Positions 1-8,930 of a DNA stretch of 37,115 nucleotides are shown in pieces (the first letter of the stretch is position 1; every line of letters starts with the position of its first letter). A program made the translations under genes and the position numbers. Below the pieces are notes generated by a model that made no database searches, was not told the DNA's origin, and was given only the letters and a program-made list of their open reading frames with translations. Origin of the DNA: an uncultured Roseicyclus sp. (GTDB lineage Bacteria > Pseudomonadota > Alphaproteobacteria > Rhodobacterales > Rhodobacteraceae); assembly GCA_964586895.1 (NCBI GenBank), contig CAZPJO010000001.1, positions 255-37,369 of the forward strand, read 5' to 3'.

Positions 1-268
1 CGATGTGTCTGCGGCCGATAGCGCCTTTGGCATGTCGGGGCCGATGTGTGCCGTGTGGTTCGGGATATTGGTGGTCAAAATGGCCGAATTCTGTCTGATC
101 ACCCCACCCATCGGCCTCAATTGCTTCGTCGTGGCCGGTGTGCGCGATGATCTCTCGGTGCAGGATGTGTTTCGCGGCGTGACCCCGTTCTTCATCGCCG
201 ACGCCGTCACCATCGCGCTTCTGGTGGCCTTCCCCGGCATCGTGCTCTGGCTGCCCAGCCTGGCGTGA
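1..268 (+). CDS. TRAP transporter large permease (DctM family), 3' end only
   Basis: C-terminal motif 'FGILVV..AE..LITPPIGLNCFVV...VFRGVTPF.....LLVAFPGIVLWLP' is typical of DctM. The gene is cut by the window edge. Confidence 0.85.
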   Translation, partial: DVSAADSAFGMSGPMCAVWFGILVVKMAEFCLITPPIGLNCFVVAGVRDDLSVQDVFRGVTPFFIADAVTIALLVAFPGIVLWLPSLA

Positions 269-288
269 TATTGGGGATTTCGTGGGTT

Positions 289-320
289 AACAAAAGGTAA
301 ATATTTTTTACCTTATTGTT
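289..320. repeat. AT-rich imperfect inverted repeat
   Basis: AACAAAAGGTAAA-TATTT-TTTACCTTATTGTT; the arms are complementary with a one-base bulge. Confidence 0.6.
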
Positions 321-342
321 CTTTTTCAGTGCTTTAGGTATC

Positions 343-360
343 TTGTGCAAGCGTGCACAA
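343..360. promoter_or_regulatory. palindromic operator-like site
   Basis: TTGTGCA-AGCG-TGCACAA, perfect 7-bp arms, 36 bp upstream of the ATG at 397. Confidence 0.45.
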
Positions 361-396
361 ACCTGCGCCAGCGCGGTAATTCACAGGAGGTCTCCC

Positions 397-747
397 ATGG
401 CCCTGAAACGTCTTCTGACCGAGTTCGGCATGGGATCCTCCCTCCGCCGACAGGACTATACCGAGGCCGCGACCCGCGCCGTCAAGGACGCGCTGTGGCA
501 CAATTCCATCAACCTCGCCGAGCTCTACGGCAAGGATAAGACAGACATGCAGATCACCGTCGAAGTCGGCGTCCAGAACCCAGATGCGCTCGACGCCAAC
601 GCCATCGCCGCGATCTTTCCCTACGGCCAGATTAAGGTCGTCCCCCGCAAAGGCGGCCTCGACGTGCCGCGTACCGACGGCGGCAACCCCACCGTCATCG
701 CCAACGTCGCGATCTCCGTGGCTTTGGATGTGGAGGTGCAGCCATGA
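397..747 (+). CDS. Lin0512 family protein
   Basis: MALKRLLTEFGMGSSLRRQDYTEAATRAVKDALWHNS matches the family motif E.GMG.D..GQD.T.AA.RA..DA..H.S. RBS AGGAGG precedes ATG 397. Confidence 0.8.
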   Translation: MALKRLLTEFGMGSSLRRQDYTEAATRAVKDALWHNSINLAELYGKDKTDMQITVEVGVQNPDALDANAIAAIFPYGQIKVVPRKGGLDVPRTDGGNPTVIANVAISVALDVEVQP

Positions 748-1088
748 GCGATCAACGCTTCATCATCGAAATGGGCATGGGCAACGATCAATACGGTCAA
801 GATTACACCAAAGCCGCCGCCCGCGCGATCGAAGACGCCATTCGCCATTCCGCGATCCCGCTGTTCGAAGCCACCGGCATCTCGCACGATCAGATGCGCG
901 TGCAGGTCACCATCGGCGTGCAGGATCCCGCCAGGGTCGATTGCGACGCCCTCGCCGGAAAGCTGCCCCGCGGCCGCGCCAGCGTAACGGCCGTGTTCGG
1001 CGGGCTCGACGTCACAAACCCCGACACCGGCAAAACCCTCGTGATCGCGTCGGCCGCCGTTGAAGCCTTCCTTCCTCGGCAAACCTGA
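744..1088 (+). CDS. Lin0512 family protein (second paralogue)
   Basis: IIEMGMGNDQYGQDYTKAAARAIEDAIRHS...GGLDV; ATGA overlap with the upstream gene. Confidence 0.85.
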   Translation: MSDQRFIIEMGMGNDQYGQDYTKAAARAIEDAIRHSAIPLFEATGISHDQMRVQVTIGVQDPARVDCDALAGKLPRGRASVTAVFGGLDVTNPDTGKTLVIASAAVEAFLPRQT

Positions 1089-1145
1089 GGAACGCTATTG
1101 CCGTCACTCACCGCGCCGCTATCGTCGCGCGCAGGGGAGGATACC

Positions 1146-2315
1146 ATGCGAACACAGGTTGCAATCATCGGCGGCGGACCGTCCGGCCTGCTTCTGGAGC
1201 AGCTTCTGCACCGTCAGGGGATTTCATCCGTCGTGCTGGAGCGCCAGACCCGCGACCACGTCCTCGGCCGCATCCGCGCCGGCGTGTTGGAACAGGGCCT
1301 TGTCGGATTGCTGGAACAGGCAGGCTGCGCCGACCGCCTGCATGCCGAAGGCTTCACCCATGACGGAACGCTGTTGTCCTACGGCGACGAGATGTTCCGC
1401 GTGGATTTCACCGAACATGTCGGCAAACCCGTTGTGGTCTACGGCCAGACCGAAGTCACCCGGGACCTCTACGCCGCCAGCGACGCAAACGGTGGTTCGG
1501 TCATTCATTCGGTGCACAACGTCGTCATCCACGATGCCGATCGTGACACCCCGTTCGTGACCTATGACGTTGACGGTGCCGCGCAGCGCATCGATTGCGA
1601 TTTCGTTGCGGGCTGCGATGGGTTCCACGGCGTCAGCCGCAAGGCGATCCCAGACAATATCCGGCAGGAATTCGAGAAGGTCTATCCCTTCGGCTGGCTC
1701 GGTGTGTTGTCAGAAACGCCACCGGTGAACCACGAACTTATCTATGCCAACTCCCCGCGCGGCTTCGCGCTCTGCTCCATGCGGAACGCCTCGCTCAGTC
1801 GGTATTACATCCAGTGCAGCCTTGACGATTCCCCCGATAATTGGAGCGATGATGCCTTCTGGGAAGAACTCAAGCGCCGCATCCCCGAGGATCAGGCCGC
1901 GACGCTGATCACCGGCCCGTCGATTGAGAAATCCATCGCACCGCTGCGGTCGTTCGTGACCGAACCGATGCGATGGGGCCGATTGTTCCTATGCGGTGAC
2001 GCGGCCCACATCGTGCCACCCACGGGGGCCAAGGGGCTCAACACCGCCGCCTCCGACGTCCATTACCTGTTCGAAGGGTTGTTGGCATATTACCGCGAGG
2101 GATCTGAGACCGGGATCGACGCCTATTCCGACCGTGCCTTGGCCCGCGTGTGGAAGGCCGAACGGTTTTCGTGGTGGTTCACCACCCTGATGCACCAGTT
2201 TCCCGGCCAGTCAGAGTTCGACCTGAAGATGCAAATCGCCGACCTCGCCTTCTTGCGGTCCAGTGCATCCGCGCAAAAGGCCATGGCAGAGAACTACGTC
2301 GGCCTGCCGTATTGA
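1146..2315 (+). CDS. pobA: 4-hydroxybenzoate 3-monooxygenase
   Basis: MRTQVAIIGGGPSGLLL, RIRAGVLE, CDGFHG, GDAAHIVPPTGAKGLN and the C-terminus ENYVGLPY. RBS GGAGG. Confidence 0.97.
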   Translation: MRTQVAIIGGGPSGLLLEQLLHRQGISSVVLERQTRDHVLGRIRAGVLEQGLVGLLEQAGCADRLHAEGFTHDGTLLSYGDEMFRVDFTEHVGKPVVVYGQTEVTRDLYAASDANGGSVIHSVHNVVIHDADRDTPFVTYDVDGAAQRIDCDFVAGCDGFHGVSRKAIPDNIRQEFEKVYPFGWLGVLSETPPVNHELIYANSPRGFALCSMRNASLSRYYIQCSLDDSPDNWSDDAFWEELKRRIPEDQAATLITGPSIEKSIAPLRSFVTEPMRWGRLFLCGDAAHIVPPTGAKGLNTAASDVHYLFEGLLAYYREGSETGIDAYSDRALARVWKAERFSWWFTTLMHQFPGQSEFDLKMQIADLAFLRSSASAQKAMAENYVGLPY

Positions 2316-2329
2316 GAGGGTATTCCCAG

Positions 2330-2716
2330 ATGACAGATCGTTTTGAGAAGGGCATGCAGACGCGCCGCGCGGTTCTGGGCGATGCGCATGTCGACCGCGC
2401 CGAGGCCGCCAAAACCGCCTTCGACGCCCCGTTCCAGGAGATGATCACCGAAGGCGCCTGGGGCACGCTTTGGGCCGATGACACGATCTCGAACCGGGAT
2501 CGATCACTTTTGACCCTGGCGCTGCTGGCGGCATGTGGGAATTTCGACGAAATCCCGATGCACATCCGCGCGACCGAACGGACGGGCGCGACGCGTGACG
2601 AAATCGTGCAGGCGTTCCTGCATGTCGCGGTCTATGCAGGCGTTCCCAAGGCGAACCACGCGATCAAGCTGGCCAAGGCAACGTTTGATGAAATGGACAC
2701 GACCCAAGCGCCATAA
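2330..2716 (+). CDS. pcaC: 4-carboxymuconolactone decarboxylase
   Basis: GMQTRRAVLGDAHVDRA...FQEMITEGAWG.LW...RS..TLALL...YAGVPKANHA; lies directly after pobA. Confidence 0.92.
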   Translation: MTDRFEKGMQTRRAVLGDAHVDRAEAAKTAFDAPFQEMITEGAWGTLWADDTISNRDRSLLTLALLAACGNFDEIPMHIRATERTGATRDEIVQAFLHVAVYAGVPKANHAIKLAKATFDEMDTTQAP

Positions 2717-2773
2717 CCCACCGCCACGCGGCGCCCTGCCTTTTGATCGGATAGGGTCGTTGGTTTGCGCCGA

Positions 2774-2789
2774 TTAAACGTCTGTTCAC
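2774..2789 (+). promoter_or_regulatory. CtrA-like box upstream of motB
   Basis: TTAA-ACGTCTG-TTCAC versus consensus TTAA-N7-TTAAC (1 mismatch). Confidence 0.6.
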
Positions 2790-2831
2790 GGGTTTCCCCT
2801 ACACATGCCCTGCAAAGGCAGGAGTTTCAGG

Positions 2832-3662
2832 ATGGCCGACGACGTTCGTCCAATCATCATAAAACGCAAGAAGGTGTCCGGCGGTGACGGACATCACGGC
2901 GGTGCCTGGAAGGTCGCCTATGCGGATTTCGTGACCGCCATGATGGCATTTTTCATGCTGATGTGGCTTTTGAACGCAACGACCGAAAACCAACGCAAGG
3001 GCCTTGCAGATTATTTCAGCCCCAGCATTCCGATCGCCCGCGTGTCCGGTGGCGGGGATGGGGCCTTTGGCGGCGAAAGCCCCTTCTCGGAAGAGGTCAT
3101 GACCCAAAACGGGATTGGCGCGTCCAGTCGGCAGCCCACAGAAGGCCGGCAGGCGATGGGCACACAAGGCACCGATCACGATGCCGAACGCGAAAACGCC
3201 GAGCTTTCTGAAATCGAAGGCGCGCTCACGGGAGAGGGCGGTGACAGCGCGGTCAGTGATTTGGCCCGCCCGCATATCGAAACCCGGCTGACCGATGAGG
3301 GGCTTCTTGTGGAAGTGTTCTCCAGACCCGGCGCCCCGCTTTTCGACCCCGAGACAGGCATGCCGCAACCCTGGCTTGCCGAACTGGCCATCACCATGGC
3401 CGATCTGTTCAGCACTGTGCGAAACGGGGTCGCGATCGAAGCACACATAGCGACCGAGCCGTTGGTCCGCGCCAGCGTGAGCGGCTGGCAACGCACAACC
3501 GAACGCGCGCAATTGATGCGCGCCCTGCTTGAGGCCGGCGGCCTCGACCCCCTTCGGGTGTCGCGCGTCACCGGTCATTCGGACCGCGAACCTGCGGTCG
3601 AGCCTGGCATCGCCCCGCGCAATGACCGTTTGGAAATCATTCTGCTGCGAAACGCCTACTGA
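2832..3662 (+). CDS. motB: flagellar stator protein MotB
   Basis: HHGGAWKVAYADFVTAMMAFFMLMWLL transmembrane motif with the conserved Asp; OmpA-like C-terminus. Confidence 0.95.
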   Translation: MADDVRPIIIKRKKVSGGDGHHGGAWKVAYADFVTAMMAFFMLMWLLNATTENQRKGLADYFSPSIPIARVSGGGDGAFGGESPFSEEVMTQNGIGASSRQPTEGRQAMGTQGTDHDAERENAELSEIEGALTGEGGDSAVSDLARPHIETRLTDEGLLVEVFSRPGAPLFDPETGMPQPWLAELAITMADLFSTVRNGVAIEAHIATEPLVRASVSGWQRTTERAQLMRALLEAGGLDPLRVSRVTGHSDREPAVEPGIAPRNDRLEIILLRNAY

Positions 3663-3682
3663 AAACGCGTCGCATTTTATCT

Positions 3683-3698
3683 GTTAGGGCGACGTTAA
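3683..3698 (-). promoter_or_regulatory. CtrA-like box upstream of flgE
   Basis: Minus strand reads TTAA-CGTCGCC-CTAAC (1 mismatch). Confidence 0.6.
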
Positions 3699-3753
3699 GT
3701 CGTCGCTGCGCACAGTATGGAAAATTCCCAGATGCAGCAGAAAGGTGCATGTG

Positions 3754-5073
3754 ATGACAATATCTTCCTCGCTCAACGCAGGTGTTGCAGGCCTCTCGGT
3801 CAACGCAAGCCGCTTGGCCACCATTGCAGACAATATCGCGAATTCCGGAACCAACGGCTACAAACGGGCCGTGGCGGATTTCCACTCCATGGTTATCGAG
3901 TCCGGCAGCGGCATCTATTCCGCCGGCGGTGTTCGTGTGACCACGCAACGCCTCATCGACCAACCCGGGGCGCTGGCGACCACGAACAACCCAACCGATC
4001 TCGCGGTCCGGGGACGGGGGTTTCTACCGGTCACGACCGGTGCAGCCGCTGGTGTCGATGGCTCCGGGGACCTTCCCTTGTTTCTGGCAACGACAGGGTC
4101 CTTTCGTACTGATGCCGAAGGGTTTTTGCGGACATCGACCGGTGTGACCTTGATGGGGTGGCCCGCGAACGCGGATGGCACCGTCCCCTCTTTCCCACGA
4201 GATACCGGTGCGGGACTTGAACCCGTGCAGGTCAATGTCAATCAATTCACGTCTGAACCCACGACCCGGATCTCCCTGGGTGTGAACCTGCCGGGTACGG
4301 ACACGACGTCCGACTCTGCCGGCGATACGCGCCAGCTTTCGGTCGAATATTTCGATAACCTCGGCACGTCGCAATCTATTGATGTGGCCTTCACACCCGT
4401 CGTTCCACTTGTTGGCGATCCAGCGTCCAACACATGGAATGTGGTCCTGACCGACTCGGCGCAGAACGGGGCGGTAATCGGTGAGTACACGGTTGAATTC
4501 GACGACAGTCGTACCGGCGGCGGCACAATCCAGGATGTGACCCAGGGCACGCCCCCTGTTGGTGGCGGATGGAGCTCCACGACAGGCGCGTTTACAGTCG
4601 ATGTGCTCGGTGGACCGATCGAGATTGATATCGGCGCGCAAGGCGTGGGGTCGGGCCTGACCCAACTCTCCGACAATTTTGCACCGACTGCGATTTCCAA
4701 AGACGGCTCTCCCGTCGGCAACCTGGTGTCTGTTGAAGTCGACGCGAATGGCTACGTGCATGCGAATTTTGACGTCGGCATCACCCGCACCGTCTATCAA
4801 ATTCCCTTGATCGACCTGCCCAACCCCAATGGGCTCGTCGCGCATGACAACCAGCTCTACTCGACCTCTTCGGAGAGCGGCTCCTTCTTCCTTTGGGATG
4901 CAGGAGACGGTCCAACCGGTGATGTGGTTGCTTATGCACTGGAAGAATCGGCAACCGATGTCGCCGCCGAACTGACGCAGCTGATCCAGACGCAGCGCGC
5001 CTATTCGTCAAACGCGAAGATCATCCAGACGGTGGATGAAATGCTGCAGGAAACGACCAACATCATCCGGTAG
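3754..5073 (+). CDS. flgE: flagellar hook protein FlgE
   Basis: LNAGVAGL...IADNIANSGTNGYK, DLAVRGRGF, TGSFRTDAEGFL, LEESATDVAAELTQLIQTQRAYSSNAK. Confidence 0.95.
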   Translation: MTISSSLNAGVAGLSVNASRLATIADNIANSGTNGYKRAVADFHSMVIESGSGIYSAGGVRVTTQRLIDQPGALATTNNPTDLAVRGRGFLPVTTGAAAGVDGSGDLPLFLATTGSFRTDAEGFLRTSTGVTLMGWPANADGTVPSFPRDTGAGLEPVQVNVNQFTSEPTTRISLGVNLPGTDTTSDSAGDTRQLSVEYFDNLGTSQSIDVAFTPVVPLVGDPASNTWNVVLTDSAQNGAVIGEYTVEFDDSRTGGGTIQDVTQGTPPVGGGWSSTTGAFTVDVLGGPIEIDIGAQGVGSGLTQLSDNFAPTAISKDGSPVGNLVSVEVDANGYVHANFDVGITRTVYQIPLIDLPNPNGLVAHDNQLYSTSSESGSFFLWDAGDGPTGDVVAYALEESATDVAAELTQLIQTQRAYSSNAKIIQTVDEMLQETTNIIR

Positions 5074-5107
5074 CGCGCCTCTTTTCACACTTCAATGAGA
5101 TCCATGA

Positions 5108-6571
5108 ATGAGTATCTCCTCCGCCTTATCAAACGCACTAAGCGGGCTGACCACGTCAGCCCGCCGCGCGGATATCGTGTCTTCGAATATCGCCAATGCG
5201 ATGACCGAAGGCTACGGAACACGTCGGCTCGAAACGGGCAGTCGCGTCTTGGGCGATACAGGCTCTGGAGTGCGGGTGCTTGGGGTGACCAGACAGGAAG
5301 ATGCGATCCTGACCGGGCAGCGTCGCCAGGTCTCGGCCAGCCTGGGTGCTGATCAAACGGTGGTCGCCTTCGCAACGCGCCTTGAAAGCTTTATCGGAAC
5401 GCCCGATCAAAGCGGTAGTCTCTCAGCGCGCATCGCGGATTTCGAGGCAAAGCTTGTCGCCGCGTCGAACACGCCGTGGAACACGACACATCTGACGGGC
5501 GCAGTCAGGTCGGCGCAAGGTATGGCCGAAACCATCAACCAGATCAGTGACGGCATCCAAAATGAACGCAAAAGAGCGGACGCCGAGATTGGGCGGACAG
5601 TCGATCAGATAAATTCCGCGCTGGAGGGTTTGGCGAACCTCAATAAACGCATTCTATCGACACCGGCGAATGGTGGCGAAATGGCTGCACTCTATGACGC
5701 CCAAGCGCAACTCGTAGACCAGATCGCACCCTATGTTCCGCTCGAGTCCCGACGCGAGTCCAACGGCACGCTCCAACTCTACAGCAGTGATGGGCATGTA
5801 CTTCTCAGTCACCGTGCCGCGGAACTGGGTTTCGACCCCGCTGCAGGTATGGATCCTTTCCTTTCTCTCGCAAATGGAAACCTTTCTGGGTTGAGCATTG
5901 ATGGAAGGCCGCTGCGACTAGAAGGCGCAAATCCCGCCTTGGGTGGCGGACAGTTGAGCGCCATGTTCAACGTGCGCGACGCCCTGGGTCCTGAAGCACA
6001 AGCCCGCATGGATGCCGTCGCACGAGACTTGGCCGAACGGTTTGACCAAGCAGGTCTCGATCCGAGCGTAACGCCTGGCGACCCCGGCTTGTTTACAGAT
6101 GCAGGCGCCCTCGTGGACCCCGTGAATGAAGTGGGCCTGGCCGGTCGCCTGCGGGTCAATTCGGCCGTGCTTCCCGAACAAGGTGGTGCTGTCTGGCGGT
6201 TGCGTGACGGGATTGGCGCCGCGACAGAAGGTCCAACCGGACAAGCAACGTTCCTGACCGCCCAAGTCGACGCTCTCGCCGACCAACGTCTCACGGCATC
6301 GGGCGGTTTCACGCCGACAACACGATCTCTATCGAACCTTGCGTCGGAGACCCTTTCGTTGGCCGGGCTCTCGCGGATAAGCGCCGAAACGGCACTGAGC
6401 CACACAGCGAACCTGCACAATGTCCTCATGACATCCGAGCTCGCCGCGGGCGTCGATACCGACGATGAGCTGCAACGCCTTCTTAAGATCGAACAGGCTT
6501 ATGCCGCCAATGCCCGAGTGATCAACGTAGCGGAAGAATTGATGGACGAGTTGATGAGGATCGCATCATGA
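5108..6571 (+). CDS. flgK: hook-associated protein FlgK
   Basis: ALSGL...VSSNIANAMTEGY; C-terminal GVDTDDELQRLLKIEQAYAANARVI; follows flgE. Confidence 0.93.
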   Translation: MSISSALSNALSGLTTSARRADIVSSNIANAMTEGYGTRRLETGSRVLGDTGSGVRVLGVTRQEDAILTGQRRQVSASLGADQTVVAFATRLESFIGTPDQSGSLSARIADFEAKLVAASNTPWNTTHLTGAVRSAQGMAETINQISDGIQNERKRADAEIGRTVDQINSALEGLANLNKRILSTPANGGEMAALYDAQAQLVDQIAPYVPLESRRESNGTLQLYSSDGHVLLSHRAAELGFDPAAGMDPFLSLANGNLSGLSIDGRPLRLEGANPALGGGQLSAMFNVRDALGPEAQARMDAVARDLAERFDQAGLDPSVTPGDPGLFTDAGALVDPVNEVGLAGRLRVNSAVLPEQGGAVWRLRDGIGAATEGPTGQATFLTAQVDALADQRLTASGGFTPTTRSLSNLASETLSLAGLSRISAETALSHTANLHNVLMTSELAAGVDTDDELQRLLKIEQAYAANARVINVAEELMDELMRIAS

Positions 6572-7578
6572 CCCTGGTGACTTTTGGCGACATGGCACAG
6601 TTTCAGACCCTGCGCCGGCAGGGGGCGGACCTCCGATCCGACATGGCGCGTCTGACCTCCGAACTCGCGTCAGGCAAGGTTGCCGACAAGGGCAGAGCGC
6701 TGGGTGGCGACTTTTCTGGCCTGGCCGACATCACACGCAGCTTGCGGCTGAATGATACGTTCAAGAACGCAATCTCTGACGCGGCCACATCGGCCGCAGG
6801 TCGGCAAACCGCGCTCGGCCGCATAGGGGCCGAGCTTGAGGGGTTTGGCGCATCACTGCTTTCGCTCGCCGGAGTAGGCAATGCAGGCGAACTGCAATTG
6901 GAACTTGCACAAGCGCCAGACCGGTTCGATGCCGCCGTTAACGCTTTGAATACCAGCTTTGCAGGCCGCAGCCTGTTTTCTGCCGACGAACCAAATGTTC
7001 AACCGCTGATCTCAAGCAATGCCATATTGGCGGAACTGCGAACGGTGACGGCGGGCGCCACGGATGCCGCGACACTTGAAGCGACTGTGAGCGCTTGGTT
7101 CGACGATCCAGGTGGAGGATACGAAACGATCGCTTGGCAAGGTGGCGCAGGACCCGCTCCGGAATTTCTCATAGCAGAAGGTGAGGTTGCGGAAACGGGC
7201 ATCACCGCACTTGATCCAGCCATACGCGAAACGCTGAAAGGCTTGGCACTTGCGACCCTCGCCACCGATGACGCGCTTACCCTTCCAACCGATCAACGAG
7301 GGGAATTGATCACATCAGCCGCACAGCAGATCCTCAGCAGCGAAACGGAAGTCGTCGGGCTTCGCGCACGGCTTGGAGCGGAAGAAGCCCGGATCGAAGA
7401 AGCAAAGGTTTCTGCAGAAACTGCGCGCGGGGCTTTGGAACTGGAATATGGCCGTCTTGTGGACGCAGACCCTTATCGGACGGCCACAGAGTTGGAAGCC
7501 GTAAATTTGCAACTCGAAAGCCTTTACATCCTCACATCGCGCATGTCGCGCTTGAGCCTCACGGAGTTCCTTCGGTGA
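6568..7578 (+). CDS. flgL: hook-associated protein FlgL (flagellin-like)
   Basis: ELASGK, ALNTSFAGRSLFS, LVDADPY..ATEL......LE.LY..T.R.S.LSL.EFL; position after flgK. Confidence 0.88.
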   Translation: MTLVTFGDMAQFQTLRRQGADLRSDMARLTSELASGKVADKGRALGGDFSGLADITRSLRLNDTFKNAISDAATSAAGRQTALGRIGAELEGFGASLLSLAGVGNAGELQLELAQAPDRFDAAVNALNTSFAGRSLFSADEPNVQPLISSNAILAELRTVTAGATDAATLEATVSAWFDDPGGGYETIAWQGGAGPAPEFLIAEGEVAETGITALDPAIRETLKGLALATLATDDALTLPTDQRGELITSAAQQILSSETEVVGLRARLGAEEARIEEAKVSAETARGALELEYGRLVDADPYRTATELEAVNLQLESLYILTSRMSRLSLTEFLR

Positions 7579-8678
7579 TCCGATTTCTTATAGTATTGCT
7601 TACGGCCAGTCTTCTGGCAGCCGCTGCGGCGGCGACACCCATCCGCATCAAGGATCTCGTTGAATTTGACGGGGTGCGTGGCAACGATCTTGTCGGCTAC
7701 GGCCTTGTTGTTGGCCTGAACGGCACCGGAGACGGCCTGAGAAATGCACCCTTCACCGAAGAAATCATGGTGAATATTCTCGAGCGGCTTGGCGTTAACG
7801 TTACAGGGGAACAGTTTCGCCCGCAAAATGTGGCTGCGGTGATCGTAACCTCGACGCTGCCACCTTTTGCACGGCAAGGCGGTCAAATCGATGTCACTGT
7901 GTCTGCGATCGGTGATGCAGACAGCCTTTTGGGCGGCACCTTGGTAATGACCCCTCTTACAGCTGCAGACGGCGAGATTTACGCCGTAGCACAAGGCGCT
8001 GTCATCGCTGGGGGTGCAACCGCTGAAGGCGACGGCGCACAAGTCACCCAGGGCGTTCCAACGGCAGGCGTGATCCCGACCGGAGCCCGCGTTGAAAGGG
8101 AGGTCGAATTCGACTTTACCGCTCTGGGCCAAATTCGACTCGCGTTGAGGTCCCCCGACTTTACGACCGCAGCACGGATCGAAGCCGCCATAAATGTGGA
8201 GTTCGGGGGATCTGTCGCGGCAATGCTGGATTCCGGAACAGTCCTGTTGGATATCGACCGAACCCGAGCACCTTCGCCTGCACATGCGATCACACGTGTC
8301 GAGAATATTCTCGTTGAGCCGGAAACGCGGGCGCGTGTGGTCGTGGACCAGCGCTCCGGGACGATCGTGATGGGCGAAGATGTCCGGATCAGTAGGGTTG
8401 CAGTCGCACAAGGCAATCTGACACTGCGGATCGAGGAAGCTCCGATCGCAGTTCAACCCAATCCTTTCGCCGAAGGTGAAACCGTCATTCTTCCGCGCAC
8501 AAATGCGGAGTTGATCGAAGAACCCGGAACCGGCCTGGCGGAAGTTTCAGGCGGCACGTCTCTTTCGGAAGTTGTCGGAGCGCTGAATGCCCTTGGCGTG
8601 TCACCGAGAGACATGATCGATATCCTGTCAAGCATCGAAGCCGCCGGCGCCTTACATGCAGAATTCATCGTTCGGTAA
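7575..8678 (+). CDS. flgI: flagellar P-ring protein FlgI
   Basis: Signal peptide, then RIKDLV.FDGVRGN.LVGYGLVVGLNGTG; C-terminal AAGALHAE. Confidence 0.97.
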   Translation: MIRFLIVLLTASLLAAAAAATPIRIKDLVEFDGVRGNDLVGYGLVVGLNGTGDGLRNAPFTEEIMVNILERLGVNVTGEQFRPQNVAAVIVTSTLPPFARQGGQIDVTVSAIGDADSLLGGTLVMTPLTAADGEIYAVAQGAVIAGGATAEGDGAQVTQGVPTAGVIPTGARVEREVEFDFTALGQIRLALRSPDFTTAARIEAAINVEFGGSVAAMLDSGTVLLDIDRTRAPSPAHAITRVENILVEPETRARVVVDQRSGTIVMGEDVRISRVAVAQGNLTLRIEEAPIAVQPNPFAEGETVILPRTNAELIEEPGTGLAEVSGGTSLSEVVGALNALGVSPRDMIDILSSIEAAGALHAEFIVR

Positions 8679-8930
8679 CGGATCGACGCAAAGTGCAGCG
8701 CAAATACGCGAACGGCACAGCAATTGCATAAGGCCTTTAGTGGCTTCATCCCTTTAGCCGCGGGACTGAAAAAGCCTTCTGCAGGCAACACCCAACCGAG
8801 GTGAGTCTTTTCGTAAGAGAATGGCGCACGGCTTGCTCAGCAGCCACGACCAACCCCTAACGCGAGATTGCAAAAGAGCGCGCCGGGCATCCAATACGCG
8901 GCAACGCTCCACTTGCTTATGATGTCCGCT

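Noticed and set aside
2907-2972. Leu in the MotB TM (AFFMLMW) as a sign of Na+ coupling
   Set aside because: The Val/Leu rule comes from Bacillus and enteric stators. I recall this pattern being common in alphaproteobacterial MotB, so it is not diagnostic.
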